Below, piece by piece: positions 46,090-57,916 of a stretch of 64,000 nt of DNA (position 1 is its first letter; each line of letters starts with the position of its first letter). This stretch comes from Gammaproteobacteria bacterium (lineage in GTDB: Bacteria; Pseudomonadota; Gammaproteobacteria; Eutrophobiales; Eutrophobiaceae): contig OZ220696.1 of the NCBI GenBank assembly GCA_965116495.1, positions 4,000,001 through 4,064,000 of the forward strand, written 5' to 3'. Below the pieces are notes generated by a model. The model did no database searches, was not told the DNA's origin, and worked only from the letters and a program-made list of their open reading frames with translations. Made by a program: the position numbers and the translations under genes.

Positions 46090-47607
46090 ATGTGTGGCAT
46101 TATCGGAATTGTTGCAAAATCAAATGTCAACCAGGCGCTGTTCGACGGCCTGACGATCCTGCAGCACAGGGGGCAGGATGCAGCCGGTATAGTTACCTGC
46201 GATAATGCCCGGCTTTATCTCTGTAAAAACAACGGCCTTGTCAGGGATGTCTTCAATTCCAGCCAGATGTTGAACCTCAAGGGCAACATGGGCATCGGGC
46301 ATATCCGCTATCCCACTGCGGGCTGTTCATCTTCCTCCGAGGCGCAGCCATTTTATGTCAATTCTCCCTACGGGATTGCCCTTGCTCATAACGGCAATCT
46401 CACCAACAGCGAAGAACTGAAACGGGATCTCATAATGGATGAGTTAAGGCACATCAATACGGAATCGGATTCCGAGGTGTTGCTGAATATCCTGGCCTTC
46501 GAATTGCAGCACATCGGCAAACTGAAAAAGGACCTGACGCCGCATGATATTTTTTCGGCCGTACGCAGGCTGCACACGCGTTGTCGCGGCGGGTATTCTG
46601 CCGTTGCGCTGATTTCCGGCGTGGGTGTTCTTGCCTTCCGCGACCAGTTCGGCATTCGCCCGATTATCTTCGGCGAGCGCACCACCGACAGGGGCAAGGA
46701 ATTTGTTGTTGCCTCTGAAAGTGTGGCCATGGACGCCCTGGATTTCAGCGTGCTGCGTGATATAAGTCCGGGCGAGGCTATATTCATCAGTGAACAGGGT
46801 GAGTTATTTTCAGACCAATGTACGGAACACCCACAACATACGCCTTGTATCTTTGAATATGTGTACCTGGCCAGGCCGGATTCCGTCATCGACAACATCT
46901 CCGTATATAAAACCCGTCTGCGCATGGGTGAGGCCCTTGCCGCGAAGATATTAAGGCTGCGGCCGGACCATGATATCGACGTAGTGATCCCCATCCCGGA
47001 TACGGGCCGCACCGCTGCGCTGCCCCTGGCCTATGAACTGGGCGTTAAATACCGCGAAGGATTTATCAAGAACAGGTATATCCCGCGCACGTTTATCATG
47101 CCCGGTCAGAGCATCAGGAAAAAGTCCGTAAGGCAGAAACTGAACGCGATAGGACTGGAGTTCCGGGGCAAGAATGTGCTGCTGGTGGATGATTCCATCG
47201 TACGCGGCACGACGTCCAGGGAAATCGTGCAAATGGCCCGGGATGCGGGCGCGGCAAAAGTATATTTTGCCTCAGCCGCGCCGCCGGTGCTGTATCCCAA
47301 CGTTTACGGCATTGATATACCGACCCCTGATGAGCTGGTTGCCTATGGCCGGACTGAAGAAGAAGTGTGCGCGTCAATCGGCGCTGACTGGCTGATCTAC
47401 CAGGAAGTGGAAGACCTGGTGGAAGCGGCAAGAGAAGGGAACCCCGGCATCAACCGCTTCGAGATGTCGGTCTTCACCGGTGAATACGTAACCGGAGACG
47501 TGAGCGAAGACTACCTGGCGCAACTGTCGGTCGAGCGTAGTGATTCAGCCAAACAGTCGCGCTCCCTGGTGGATGACGTGCTCAACGACCTGTCGAATAT
47601 GACCTGA
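46090..47607 (+). CDS. purF: Amidophosphoribosyltransferase
   Basis: MCGI, QHRGQD and VDDSIVRGTT motifs. Confidence 0.98.
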   Translation: MCGIIGIVAKSNVNQALFDGLTILQHRGQDAAGIVTCDNARLYLCKNNGLVRDVFNSSQMLNLKGNMGIGHIRYPTAGCSSSSEAQPFYVNSPYGIALAHNGNLTNSEELKRDLIMDELRHINTESDSEVLLNILAFELQHIGKLKKDLTPHDIFSAVRRLHTRCRGGYSAVALISGVGVLAFRDQFGIRPIIFGERTTDRGKEFVVASESVAMDALDFSVLRDISPGEAIFISEQGELFSDQCTEHPQHTPCIFEYVYLARPDSVIDNISVYKTRLRMGEALAAKILRLRPDHDIDVVIPIPDTGRTAALPLAYELGVKYREGFIKNRYIPRTFIMPGQSIRKKSVRQKLNAIGLEFRGKNVLLVDDSIVRGTTSREIVQMARDAGAAKVYFASAAPPVLYPNVYGIDIPTPDELVAYGRTEEEVCASIGADWLIYQEVEDLVEAAREGNPGINRFEMSVFTGEYVTGDVSEDYLAQLSVERSDSAKQSRSLVDDVLNDLSNMT

Positions 47608-47610
47608 CCG

Positions 47611-48078
47611 CTATTCCTTGTTTTCCTGGTCCGGGCCGGCAGAACCCGTCGACTTGAAAAAGCTGTTCTGCAGTTGCCGCCATGCCTCCATGTTTTGCTC
47701 GGTGATCTCACTCATTGTTGCGGCAAAAGGATTGCTGCTGACCGCCTGCTGAAAGTTTTTCTGCATGTTCTGTTGTTGCGCAGCAAACATTTCCAGGCTC
47801 TTTTGCAGGTAGTCGCTGAATGCGGACTGGTAGGCGTTGCCGTAAAAACGGATGAGCTGAGTCAGCATCGGTGTATTGAATATGGGTTTCCCCTCGTGTT
47901 CCTGTTCCGCGATGATCTGCAACAAGACGTTGCGCGTCAGGTCTTCCTCAGTCTTGACGTCCGTAATACGAAATTCGACTCCGTCCAGTACCAGCTTCCT
48001 GACGTCATCGAGCGTGATGTATTTGCTGATCTCGGTATCGTAGAGTCGGCGGTTCGGGTATTTTTTTATGATTCGCAT
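47611..48078 (-). CDS. phaR: PHA synthesis repressor
   Basis: IIKKYPNRRLYDT and EDLTRNVLLQII motifs; start at ATG 48078. Confidence 0.93.
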   Translation of the reverse strand: MRIIKKYPNRRLYDTEISKYITLDDVRKLVLDGVEFRITDVKTEEDLTRNVLLQIIAEQEHEGKPIFNTPMLTQLIRFYGNAYQSAFSDYLQKSLEMFAAQQQNMQKNFQQAVSSNPFAATMSEITEQNMEAWRQLQNSFFKSTGSAGPDQENKE

Positions 48079-48095
48079 AGCGGTTAAACACTCGG

Positions 48096-49277
48096 TTATC
48101 TTTCCACAGCCAGGGCGACCCCCTGGCCGCCGCCAATGCACAACGTGGCCAGGCCCTTGTGTGCGTCCCGGCGCTGCATGGCATGGAGGAGGGTGACCAG
48201 GACCCGGCAACCCGAAGCTCCGATGGGGTGTCCCAGCGCTATAGCGCCGCCGTTGACATTCACTTTCTCCTGATCCCAGCCCAGTTCGCTGTTCACAGAA
48301 ATGGCCTGTGCCGCAAAGGCCTCGTTGGCTTCAACCAGGTCAAGTTCATCGACGCTCCAGCCCGCCTTGTCCAGGCAGCGTTGTGTTGCCGGAATCGGCC
48401 CGGTCCCCATGATCGCCGGGTCAACGCCGGCGCTGGAGTAAGCCCTGATGCCGGCCATTACCGGCAGGCCCAGTTCGTCGGCTTTTTGACGGCTCATGAC
48501 AACCACCGCCGCGGCGCCGTCGTTGATGCCGGAGGCATTGGCCGCGGTGACAGTCCCTTCGCGGCTAAAAGCAGGGCGCAACCTTCCAATTTTTTCCGCA
48601 GTCACCCCCTGTTTAGGGTACTCGTCGTCAGCGAATATGACAGGGTCGGCCTTGCGTTGCGGGATGCTTATGGGAACTATTTCTTCCCTGAATACGCCGC
48701 CTGCCTGGGCTTGTTCCGTTTTTTGCTGGGACAGCGCAGCGAACCGGTCCTGTTCCTCCCGCGATATCCCGAACTTTTCCACGATATTCTCAGCGGTCAT
48801 GCCCATGTGGTAATCATTAAATGCATCCCACAGACCGTCGCTGATCATGGAGTCCAACATCTTCCAGTCGCCCATCTTGGTGCCGGACCGGGATTTGGGC
48901 AACACGTGCGGCGCCCGACTCATGTTTTCCTGCCCCCCGGCTATGATGACTTCAGCATCACCACACTTTATTGCCTGTGCTGCCAGGTGAACGGCTTTCA
49001 GGCCGCTGCCGCAGACCTTGTTAATCGTCATGGCCGGTACCGAATGTGGCAGGCCGGCTTCAATGGCAGCCTGGCGCGCCGGGTTCTGGCCTTCACCGGC
49101 AGTCAGCACCTGTCCCAGGATAACCTCGTCGATCCGGTTGGGATCAAGGCCGGTTTTATCCAGTAATGATTTGATTACCGCGGCACCCAGGGAATGGGCC
49201 GGGATATTCGCAAGGGTGCCGCTGAAAGAACCGATTGGGGTCCGCCCTGCAGCGACGATGACTATTTCGTCGGTCAT
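48096..49277 (-). CDS. phaA: Acetyl-CoA C-acetyltransferase (beta-ketothiolase)
   Basis: [22 protein letters not shown] and CIGGGQG motifs; upstream of phaR. Confidence 0.93.
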   Translation of the reverse strand: MTDEIVIVAAGRTPIGSFSGTLANIPAHSLGAAVIKSLLDKTGLDPNRIDEVILGQVLTAGEGQNPARQAAIEAGLPHSVPAMTINKVCGSGLKAVHLAAQAIKCGDAEVIIAGGQENMSRAPHVLPKSRSGTKMGDWKMLDSMISDGLWDAFNDYHMGMTAENIVEKFGISREEQDRFAALSQQKTEQAQAGGVFREEIVPISIPQRKADPVIFADDEYPKQGVTAEKIGRLRPAFSREGTVTAANASGINDGAAAVVVMSRQKADELGLPVMAGIRAYSSAGVDPAIMGTGPIPATQRCLDKAGWSVDELDLVEANEAFAAQAISVNSELGWDQEKVNVNGGAIALGHPIGASGCRVLVTLLHAMQRRDAHKGLATLCIGGGQGVALAVER

Positions 49278-49430
49278 GGAATTACTACCTCTAAATCATG
49301 AATCTTCATGTTGGTATCGTGAATTATCATTCTAAACCATCTGGTTGCACTGCACAAAACGACCTTGCATCCTAACAAATACGTATTAAGGATACCAGTA
49401 CCAATCGTAACAACGGCTTGCGGCTTCGGC

Positions 49431-49505
49431 GGGGACAGACCCCTGCTTACAACCCTGCCTCGGGGGCCAGGGCAGGCATGCAGGGGCATGCTTAAATCTG
49501 TCCCC
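49431..49505. repeat. About 75-bp MITE-like element copy 2
   Basis: GGGGACAGACCCCTGCTTACAACCCTGCC...TCTGTCCCC. Confidence 0.9.
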
Positions 49506-49517
49506 TGTGTTGTTCAG

Positions 49518-50942
49518 TCAGATGTGCAGCGCCCGCTTATTACTTGCCAGGGCTGCCTCATGCATGGCTTCGGCGAGGGTCGGGTGTGCGTGAATGGTGC
49601 GGGCAATATCTTCGGAACTGCCGTCGAATTCCATGGCAAGAACGGCCTCGGCTATCAGTTCGGAAGCGTTCGGCCCCAGTACGTGGACACCGAGGATCTG
49701 GTCGGTGTCGGCATCACTGATCATTTTTACCATACCGCCGTTATCGCCCGCAGCCAGCGCGCGGCCGCTTGCCGCCAGTGGAAATACGCCCGTTTTACAG
49801 GGTTGCCCGGCTTCTATTAATTCGAACTCGGTCTTTCCGACCCAGGCGATTTCCGGCCAGGTGTAGATTACCCAGGGGACCAGGTCCAGGTTGAAACCGC
49901 TTTTTTGCCCGGCAAGACGTTCGGCGACCATCACGCCTTCTTCAGCGGCCTTGTGGGCCAGCATCGGGCCGCGCACCACGTCGCCGATTGCATAAACATT
50001 CGGCAGATTTGTGGCGCAATGTTCATCAACTACGATGCCGCCATTTTCATTCAGGGCCAGACCCGCTTCTTCAGCCCCAAGCCCCGCTACATTGGGAGAG
50101 CGTCCGACAGCTACTATCAGTTTGTCAAAAGTCAACCGCTGTTTGTCATTGCCCTGCTCATAAGAGACACTGACCTCCCGGTTGTTGGCACTGGAACCCA
50201 TGACCCTGGCGCCAAGGCGGATATCCAGTCCCTGGTTCGTCAGCATCTTTTCAGCTGCGGACGCAATCTGCCGGTCCACGGGTGCCAGAAAGTCATCCAG
50301 TGCCTCCAGTATGACGACCTGTGATCCCAACCTGCTCCATACGCTGCCCAGTTCCAGCCCGATTACCCCCGCGCCGATCACGCCCAGTCTCTTCGGCACT
50401 TCCTTGAAGGCGAGCGCACCGGTGGAATCGACAATCCTGTTCTGGTCTACCGTGGCCAAAGAAAATCCGGCCGGAACGGAACCGGTAGCGATAATGATGT
50501 TCCGGGCAGATACCGTGTATTCCTCGCCGGGCTGCTTACCTGCCGGTGCTACCTGCACCTCATTTTTTCCCAGGAGTGTCGCGCGGCCCTGGAGCCAGTC
50601 TATGTTGTTCTTTTTGAACAGACCGGCGATCCCCCGGGTCAGTTTCTGCACGATCCTGTTTTTCCTGGTAATCATTTTATGGACGTCAAGTTTTACGCCG
50701 CTGATATTGATGCCGTGGTTGGACGCCTGCTTGTTGATGAAGGCGTAATGGTGCGAGGAATCCAGCAGGGCCTTGGACGGAATGCAGCCTGTATTCAGGC
50801 AGGTTCCGCCCAGGACAGGATTGTCGCCATCGCCCAGCCCGTTATCCGCGCAGGCGGTGGAAAGTCCCAGTTGCGCACAGCGGATCGCACTGATGTAACC
50901 GCCGGGACCGGCGCCAATCACTACCACGTCATAACTTTTCAT
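49518..50942 (-). CDS. lpdA: Dihydrolipoamide dehydrogenase
   Basis: GGTCLNTGCIPSK and HAHPTLAE motifs. Confidence 0.97.
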   Translation of the reverse strand: MKSYDVVVIGAGPGGYISAIRCAQLGLSTACADNGLGDGDNPVLGGTCLNTGCIPSKALLDSSHHYAFINKQASNHGINISGVKLDVHKMITRKNRIVQKLTRGIAGLFKKNNIDWLQGRATLLGKNEVQVAPAGKQPGEEYTVSARNIIIATGSVPAGFSLATVDQNRIVDSTGALAFKEVPKRLGVIGAGVIGLELGSVWSRLGSQVVILEALDDFLAPVDRQIASAAEKMLTNQGLDIRLGARVMGSSANNREVSVSYEQGNDKQRLTFDKLIVAVGRSPNVAGLGAEEAGLALNENGGIVVDEHCATNLPNVYAIGDVVRGPMLAHKAAEEGVMVAERLAGQKSGFNLDLVPWVIYTWPEIAWVGKTEFELIEAGQPCKTGVFPLAASGRALAAGDNGGMVKMISDADTDQILGVHVLGPNASELIAEAVLAMEFDGSSEDIARTIHAHPTLAEAMHEAALASNKRALHI

Positions 50943-50949
50943 GTCCGGG

Positions 50950-52380
50950 TCAGATTTGTAACAGCAGGCGTGACGGGTCTTCCAGTGCCTCTCTCAGCGC
51001 CACCAGGAAAGAGACTGCCTCGCGCCCGTCGATAATGCGATGATCGTAGGACAAGGCCAGGTACATCATGGGCCGGACCACGACTGCGCCGTCCTCCGCA
51101 ATCGGACGTTCCTCGATCTTGTGCATGCCCAGGATAGCGCTTTGTGGCGGGTTGATGATGGGTGTGGATAACAGGGATCCGAATACGCCACCGTTGGTTA
51201 TTGTAAAAGTCCCGCCGGTCAACTCTTCTATAGTGAGTTTTGCGTCACGGGCTTTGCGCCCGTATTCGCCTATGGTCTTCTCTATTTCGGCAAAGCTGAG
51301 TTTGTCAGCCGCGCGTATTACCGGTACGACCAGCCCGCGCGGGGAACTGACGGCAATGCCTATATCGTAATAGTTGTGATAGATAATATCATTGCCGTCC
51401 ACCGAGGCGTTGACGACCGGAATTTTTTTCAGGGCTTCAACTGCCGCCTTGGTAAAGAACGACATGAACCCCAGTTTAACCTCGTAGGTTTTCTCAAAAC
51501 TGTCCTTGTAACGGCTACGCAAGTCCATGACCGGTTTCATGTTCACTTCGTTGAACGTAGTCAGTATCGCATTTTCCCGCTGCGCCGCCAGCAGGCGTTG
51601 CGCCGCCCGCCTGCGCAGACGACTCATGGGAACACGGTTTTCAGCCCCGTCAGGACTTTCCCCGTCTTTCGTTTTACCGTTGCTGTCCCTGTCCACCTGC
51701 GCACGAGCCTCCTGCGCCTTCCCTGGCGGGACTTCTGCCACCGGTACCGGCTTATTGTCGTCCTGGCCTGTTTTTCCGCGATTTCCGTTATCTGCGACCA
51801 GGGTGCCGGCTTCGGATACCGGTTTCCCGGTTTGCGTGTCCTTTGCAGTAGTCTCCGTTTTCGCCAGGTAAGCCAGCACCTGTTTTTTTGTCAGTCTGTC
51901 GCCGCTTGCCGGAATATCCCGGGCATCCAGACCATGTTCGGCCAGCAGGTTCCTGACGGCAGGGCTTAGTTTGGGTTTCTGCCCGGAAAGTGGCGGCTGT
52001 GAACTTGTCTCGTCTGCAGGTTCCGGTCCGGGTTCTGCCGCCGCTGTCACGCTGTCCGCCCCATCAGCAGGGTTCAGTGCAGCTTCAGGTTCCGGCGCTT
52101 CAGCATCCGTGCTATCCGCCGGTTCTGTGACGGATGCCTGTGCCTCGGTATCGATCTGTGCGATTAACTCGTTACTCTCCACATCTTCGCCGCTGTTTTT
52201 AAGGATGCTGGCGAGCATCCCGTCTTCCGGTGCGACCACTTCCAGGGTGACTTTATCCGTTTCCACGTCAATCAGGACATCACCAAACTTCACCGCGTCT
52301 CCGGGCTGTTTATGCCAGTCCATTAATGTGGCCTCCGCAACCGATTCGGCCAGTACCGGGACTCTTACTTCAACTAACAC
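50950..52380 (-). CDS. sucB: 2-oxoglutarate dehydrogenase E2
   Basis: ETDKV lipoyl motif and YDHRIIDG. Confidence 0.96.
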   Translation of the reverse strand: MLVEVRVPVLAESVAEATLMDWHKQPGDAVKFGDVLIDVETDKVTLEVVAPEDGMLASILKNSGEDVESNELIAQIDTEAQASVTEPADSTDAEAPEPEAALNPADGADSVTAAAEPGPEPADETSSQPPLSGQKPKLSPAVRNLLAEHGLDARDIPASGDRLTKKQVLAYLAKTETTAKDTQTGKPVSEAGTLVADNGNRGKTGQDDNKPVPVAEVPPGKAQEARAQVDRDSNGKTKDGESPDGAENRVPMSRLRRRAAQRLLAAQRENAILTTFNEVNMKPVMDLRSRYKDSFEKTYEVKLGFMSFFTKAAVEALKKIPVVNASVDGNDIIYHNYYDIGIAVSSPRGLVVPVIRAADKLSFAEIEKTIGEYGRKARDAKLTIEELTGGTFTITNGGVFGSLLSTPIINPPQSAILGMHKIEERPIAEDGAVVVRPMMYLALSYDHRIIDGREAVSFLVALREALEDPSRLLLQI

Positions 52381-52413
52381 ATCTTTCTCCTGTTATTACC
52401 GGGATATTTCCGC

Positions 52414-55281
52414 TTAGCGGATGCCGCGAGACTTTTGCTTGTGGGTGGTCACTTCCAGTTTTTCCTGTTGCAGCGCATCGTCAACCAGCTTCTTTTGCTG
52501 CGCCAGGTGCAGGCTCAAAGAGCCGACTGCAGGGGAGGCCGAATAAATACGTCCGGCATAGCCGAACACATGCCGGGCGCTGAGACAGCCGATCATGGTC
52601 CCCCTGGATTGCATGTAGTACCAGCCACCCTGGTTCTTTGGTTCTTCCTGTACCCAGACGACTTCCTTTGCATTCGGGTACGAATCAATCACGCGTTTCA
52701 TCTCCTTTTGTGGAAACGGGAACAATTGTTCCAGACGTATAACGGCAATGTTTCCGACCTCATTGCCGCGTCTTGCTGCCAGCAGGTCATAGTACACCTT
52801 GCCACTGCATATCAACAATCGTGTAACATCTTCTTTTACTATATTTTCGTCAATTTCGTCGATCACCAGCCTGAACCCGCCACCGGTGATTTTATCCAGG
52901 GTAGAGGTGGACAGTTTATGCCTGAGCAGACTTTTCGGACTCATGACGATCAGCGGTTTACGGTAAGGCCTGATGACCTGCCGCCGTAACAGGTGGAACA
53001 TCTGGGCCGGTGTGCTGGGCTGGCACACCTGCATGTTCTCCCGGGCGCATAGCTGCAGAAAACGCTCCAGCCGGGCGGAGGAGTGCTCCGGCCCCTGGCC
53101 GTCATAGCCGTGAGGTAAAAATACCGTGAGACCGCAGAACCGTCGCCACTTCGCTTCGCATGAACTGATGAACTGGTCGAAAACGACTTGCGCGCCGTTG
53201 GCGAAATCACCGAACTGGGCTTCCCAGAGCACCAGGGCGTTAGGCTCTGCGCTGCTGTAGCCGTAGTCAAAAGCCAGCACGGCCTCTTCGGAGAGTGTCG
53301 AGTTGATGGCCAGGAATGAAGGCTGTCCCTCATTGAGGTGTTGCAGGGGCAGGTACGTATCACCGTCATCCTGGTTGTGTATCACAGCGTGACGGTGGAA
53401 GAAGGTTCCGCGGCCGCTGTCCTGGCCGGAAATACGCACCGGGAAACCGGCATCCAGCAAGGTCGCATAGGCCAGGGTTTCGGCATAGCCCCAGTCCATT
53501 TCCAGTTCACCGGCGCCCATCTTTTTGCGGTTCTCAATAATCTTCGTGACTGTCGGGTGCAGGTTGAAATGCTCCGGCACGGCAGTGAAGCGTTCCGTCA
53601 GGCGCGCTACCTGCTCGGGACTGACGGCCGTTTCGACCCACATATCCCATGCCGTTCTCTTGAACGGTTCGTAATTGATCATGAACCTGTAATCGGCATT
53701 GCTTGCCCGCGAGCCTGCCACGCTCCGGTTGGATTCCAGCGCCTCGAGGTAGGATTTGTGAATGGTCCGGACCTCATCATGGGTAACCACTTTTTCCTGA
53801 ACGAGACGCTCGGAATGTATATCCTCTATGTTCCTGTGCTGCCTGATCTTCCGGTACATGATGGGCTGGGTGGCGGCCGGTTCGTCCGCTTCGCTGTGGC
53901 CGTGCCTGCGGTAGCACACCATGTCGATGACCACGTCTTTCTTGAATTCCATGCGGAAATCCAGGGCCAGTTTCGCAACGTACACGACAGCGTCGGGATC
54001 ATCGCCATTGACGTGAAAGATCGGCGCCTGCACCATCTTGGCGACATCCGTGCAATACAGGGTCGAGCGGGAATCCAGCGGGTCGCTCGTGGTGAAACCG
54101 ATCTGGTTGTTGACGATGATGTGGATAGTGCCGCCGGTACTGTACCCGCGGGTCTGGGACAGGTTGAAGGTTTCCATCACCACGCCCTGACCGGCGAATG
54201 CGGCGTCACCGTGGATAATTATCGGCAATACCTGGGAGCGGGATTTATCGTTACGCCGGTCCTGGCGCGCCCGCACCGAACCTTCCACCACGGGGTCGAT
54301 GATCTCGAGATGGGAGGGATTGAACGACAGGGTCAGGTGTATGACGCCCCCGGGTGTCTGGATATCCGAGGAATAACCCAGGTGGTATTTGACATCACCC
54401 GAGTTGCTGGATTCGACGTCCTGTGCCTGATTGTGGATCCCTTCGAATTCATCGAACAGTTCCCCGGGCAGCTTACCTATGATATTGATCAGGACGTTAA
54501 GTCTGCCGCGGTGAGCCATGCCGATAACCGCTTCGCGCACACCCGCTTCCCCTCCTGCCTGCACGATTTCATCAAGCAACGGGATCAGGGATTCACCGCC
54601 CTCCAGCGAGAAGCGCTTCTGTCCCACGTATTTTCTGTGCAGGTATTCTTCCAGGGCATTGGCGGCGATGACGCGTTCCAGTACACGTTTCCTCTTTTCC
54701 GGCGAGAACCGGTGATGTCCTTCGGATTCTTCCAGCCTGCGCTGGATCCAGCGTTTTTGTTCGGTTTCGTTGATGTGCATGTACTCGGCGCCGATGGTCC
54801 GGCAATACGTGCCTTTGACGATGTAGAAGATTTCAGCCAGGGTAAGCTCATCGGGCGCAAACAGTGAACCCGTATTGAAAACCCGCACAAGGTCTTCTTC
54901 CGTGAAATTGTAATAAGCGGGATCCAGTTCCGGCACTTTCGGCCGCTCGTACTGTTTCAGGGGATCCAGGTCAGCTTGCTGGTGGCCGCGGAAACGGTGG
55001 GCATTGATCAACTGTAATACTGAGGCCTGCTTTTTGTTATCCGTGTTGACGGCGATGTTGGTTTTCGGCGTCGGGACCTGTCCGGTTTCCGCCGCGGGCG
55101 CGGATTCCCCGGCCTGCGCGTTGCCGCTGTTATCAGCCTGTCCGGTTTCCTCTTGCAGGGTATCAAAATAACTGCGCCATTCAACGGCTACGCCGGCGGG
55201 GTCGTCCAGGTAGCGTTCGTATATTTCTTCGATAAACGCGGTATTACCGCTGTAAAGGTGGGATGTTTCGCGCGTGCTCAT
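52414..55281 (-). CDS. sucA: 2-oxoglutarate dehydrogenase E1
   Basis: KRFSLEGGE, GMAHRGRLN, HGDAAFAGQG and WEAQFGDF motifs. Confidence 0.98.
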   Translation of the reverse strand: MSTRETSHLYSGNTAFIEEIYERYLDDPAGVAVEWRSYFDTLQEETGQADNSGNAQAGESAPAAETGQVPTPKTNIAVNTDNKKQASVLQLINAHRFRGHQQADLDPLKQYERPKVPELDPAYYNFTEEDLVRVFNTGSLFAPDELTLAEIFYIVKGTYCRTIGAEYMHINETEQKRWIQRRLEESEGHHRFSPEKRKRVLERVIAANALEEYLHRKYVGQKRFSLEGGESLIPLLDEIVQAGGEAGVREAVIGMAHRGRLNVLINIIGKLPGELFDEFEGIHNQAQDVESSNSGDVKYHLGYSSDIQTPGGVIHLTLSFNPSHLEIIDPVVEGSVRARQDRRNDKSRSQVLPIIIHGDAAFAGQGVVMETFNLSQTRGYSTGGTIHIIVNNQIGFTTSDPLDSRSTLYCTDVAKMVQAPIFHVNGDDPDAVVYVAKLALDFRMEFKKDVVIDMVCYRRHGHSEADEPAATQPIMYRKIRQHRNIEDIHSERLVQEKVVTHDEVRTIHKSYLEALESNRSVAGSRASNADYRFMINYEPFKRTAWDMWVETAVSPEQVARLTERFTAVPEHFNLHPTVTKIIENRKKMGAGELEMDWGYAETLAYATLLDAGFPVRISGQDSGRGTFFHRHAVIHNQDDGDTYLPLQHLNEGQPSFLAINSTLSEEAVLAFDYGYSSAEPNALVLWEAQFGDFANGAQVVFDQFISSCEAKWRRFCGLTVFLPHGYDGQGPEHSSARLERFLQLCARENMQVCQPSTPAQMFHLLRRQVIRPYRKPLIVMSPKSLLRHKLSTSTLDKITGGGFRLVIDEIDENIVKEDVTRLLICSGKVYYDLLAARRGNEVGNIAVIRLEQLFPFPQKEMKRVIDSYPNAKEVVWVQEEPKNQGGWYYMQSRGTMIGCLSARHVFGYAGRIYSASPAVGSLSLHLAQQKKLVDDALQQEKLEVTTHKQKSRGIR

Positions 55282-55455
55282 CGTTATCCACGTTTCTGCA
55301 AGAGTTTTGTCTGTAATGTCCGGGGTTTGTCAGCAGTTTTTCAGTCTCATACACGATATCAAGCCACATTATATGACAATTTCTTGAAATTTAACTGAAT
55401 ACTTCCGTAACACATTAAACTATAAGCTGTTTTATTCCCGGTGCAAATTTTATAC

Positions 55456-55494
55456 GGGACAGACGCCCGACATATGGACTTGCGGTCTGTTCCC
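55456..55494. repeat. Degenerate GGGACAG-family inverted repeat
   Basis: GGGACAGAC ... GTCTGTTCCC in the sucA/gltA intergenic region. Confidence 0.55.
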
Positions 55495-55562
55495 ATAGAT
55501 GTATGCTAGATAAATAAAAAACGTATAAAGCTGCAAAATCCCGTGTAGATGGAGAAGATTAC

Positions 55563-56852
55563 ATGATGCGTACTGTTACAATCACTGATAACAAAACCGG
55601 CAAGCAACTCGAATGTCCGGTTTCTGAGGGTACCTACGGCGCTCCGGTTATCAATACCAAATCCCTGTACAAGGAGTTGGGGATGTTTACCTTTGATCCG
55701 GGTTATGCCACCACTGCAAGCTGTCGCAGCGCAATCACTTACCTGGATGGGGAGAAAGGGATACTGTTGCACCGGGGCTACCCGATAGAACAACTGGCGG
55801 AAAAAAGCACCTTCCTGGAAGTTGTCTACCTGTTGATTCACGGCGAGTTACCGAACCGGCAGCAGATGGATGAGTGGGAGCATTCCATCAAGATGCACAT
55901 GCTGACCCATGAGCATATTTCCCGGTTTTACTCAGCCTATCGCTACGATGCACATCCCATGTCGATCATGGCAGGCGTGACCAGCGCCATTGCCTCGTAC
56001 TACCATGACCGTACCGATATCAGGGACCCTGATAACCGCCTGATGACCGCCAAGCGCGTTATCGGCAAGGTTCCCAACGTGGCGTCCAAATGCTACCGCT
56101 ACGCCTCCGGCCTGCCGTTTGTCTATCCCGATAATTCTCTCAACTATATTGAAAATTTCATGTATATGACGTTTTCATGGCCTACCGAGGATTTCACGCC
56201 GTCAGCGGTTGCCGTACGCGCTCTGGACCTTCTTTTCATACTCCATGCCGACCACGAACAGAATGCCAGTACGTCGACCGTGCGCCTCGCTGGCAGTTCG
56301 GAGGCCAATCCTTTTGCCTGTGTTGCTGCAGGCATAACAACCCTGTGGGGCAAGTCCCACGGGGGCGCCAATGAGGCCGTGATCCAGATGCTGGAGGAGA
56401 TCGGCACGCCGTCCAACGTCGGGAAATTCGTTGCCCGGGCAAAAGACAGCAAGGATAACTTCAGGTTGATGGGCTTCGGCCACCGGGTCTACAAGAAATA
56501 CGACCCAAGGGCAAAAATCATCCGTGGGGCATGCCATGATTTACTGGAGGAAATGAACCTGAACCAGCCTCTGTTCGAAATCGCCATGGAACTGGAACGG
56601 ATAGCCCTGGAGGATGAATATTTCATCAAGCGCAAGCTATACCCGAACGTTGATTTTTATTCCGGCCTGATCTACCAGGCCCTGCGCATTCCTACCTCCA
56701 TGTTTACGGTGATGTTTGCCCTGGCGCGCAGTGCCGGCTGGATTGCCCAGTGGATGGAATTGGTGGAGGATAAGGACTTTCGTATCGGTCGCCCCAGGCA
56801 GCTGTATGTCGGCGAAAAGTCCCGTAACTACATACCGATGGAAGACAGGTGA
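55563..56852 (+). CDS. gltA: Citrate synthase (type II)
   Basis: [24 protein letters not shown] and YPNVDFYSG motifs. Confidence 0.97.
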   Translation: MMRTVTITDNKTGKQLECPVSEGTYGAPVINTKSLYKELGMFTFDPGYATTASCRSAITYLDGEKGILLHRGYPIEQLAEKSTFLEVVYLLIHGELPNRQQMDEWEHSIKMHMLTHEHISRFYSAYRYDAHPMSIMAGVTSAIASYYHDRTDIRDPDNRLMTAKRVIGKVPNVASKCYRYASGLPFVYPDNSLNYIENFMYMTFSWPTEDFTPSAVAVRALDLLFILHADHEQNASTSTVRLAGSSEANPFACVAAGITTLWGKSHGGANEAVIQMLEEIGTPSNVGKFVARAKDSKDNFRLMGFGHRVYKKYDPRAKIIRGACHDLLEEMNLNQPLFEIAMELERIALEDEYFIKRKLYPNVDFYSGLIYQALRIPTSMFTVMFALARSAGWIAQWMELVEDKDFRIGRPRQLYVGEKSRNYIPMEDR

Positions 56853-57832
56853 GCATGAAACCCCCGGTACGCGTTGCCGTTACCGGCGCTGCCGGCCAAA
56901 TCGGTTATGCCTTGTTGTTCCGGATTGCTGCCGGGGAGTTACTGGGCAAGGAGCAGCCGGTGATCCTGCAACTTCTCGAGATTCCCCCCGCATTACCGGC
57001 ATTGGACGGCGTGGTTATGGAACTGGAAGATTGCGCTTTTGCGACTCTGGCCGGTGTGGTGACCACTGCTGATGCCGGTGTTGCCTTCAGGGATGCAGAT
57101 TTTGCTTTCCTGGTCGGGGCAAGACCGCGCGGGCCCGGAATGGAACGCGCAGACCTTTTGTTGAGCAACGCCGAAATCTTTAACGTGCAGGGCAGGGCAT
57201 TGAACGATCATGCAAACCGTGACGTAAAAATACTCGTTATCGGTAATCCGGCCAATACGAATGCCCTGATTGCCATGAAGAATGCACCTGACCTGGACCC
57301 GCGCCAGGTCATGGCGATGATGCGTCTTGATCATAACAGGGCATTGGCAATGCTTGCCGCGCGGGTTCAGTGCTCGGTAGACGCCATCCGTAAAATTGCC
57401 GTTTGGGGCAATCATTCAGCCACGCAGTATCCGGACCTTCACCATACCCTGGTGGATGGGAAAGCAGCCATGGACCTGGTCGAACGAAACTGGTATGAAA
57501 ATGAATTTATCCCCGGGGTGGCAAAGCGCGGCGCCGAAATCATAAAGGCCCGGGGCGCCTCCAGCGCTGCGTCTGCGGCAAACGCCATCTTGGACCATAC
57601 CCGTGACTGGGTATTCGGAACCCGTGAAAACGACTGGACCAGTATGGCTGTGGCCGCGGATGGTTCTTACGGCATTCCGGAGGGCCTCGTCTACTCCTTC
57701 CCCGTTACCTGTGCAGATGGCGGTTATGAGATAGTTAAGGGGCTGGACATCAATGAATTCAGCCGGGTAAAGATGAAGCAGACGCAAGCGGAACTGGAAC
57801 AGGAACGGGACGCGATCGAACACCTGTTTTAA
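56849..57832 (+). CDS. mdh: Malate dehydrogenase
   Basis: [24 protein letters not shown] and WGNHS motifs. Confidence 0.96.
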   Translation: MSMKPPVRVAVTGAAGQIGYALLFRIAAGELLGKEQPVILQLLEIPPALPALDGVVMELEDCAFATLAGVVTTADAGVAFRDADFAFLVGARPRGPGMERADLLLSNAEIFNVQGRALNDHANRDVKILVIGNPANTNALIAMKNAPDLDPRQVMAMMRLDHNRALAMLAARVQCSVDAIRKIAVWGNHSATQYPDLHHTLVDGKAAMDLVERNWYENEFIPGVAKRGAEIIKARGASSAASAANAILDHTRDWVFGTRENDWTSMAVAADGSYGIPEGLVYSFPVTCADGGYEIVKGLDINEFSRVKMKQTQAELEQERDAIEHLF

Positions 57833-57916
57833 CTGGGCAGTATTCGTAACCCATGGTTGCCGTCACCAATAATCTATGGTAAGTGTATTATCTTTTGTAC
57901 TGGTATAACTGACAAA

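Noticed and set aside
49274-49489. Short ORFs sharing the peptide PLLTTLPRGPGQACR or its antisense (also 45854-46084 and 49365-49820)
   Set aside because: The similarity is just translation of the 75-bp repeat.
53338-54867. 509-aa plus-strand ORF, and similar long antisense ORFs at 10985-11962, 18148-19200, 24012-25022 and 48159-49166
   Set aside because: They lie antisense to well-supported genes and have no recognisable motifs; shadow ORFs from codon bias.
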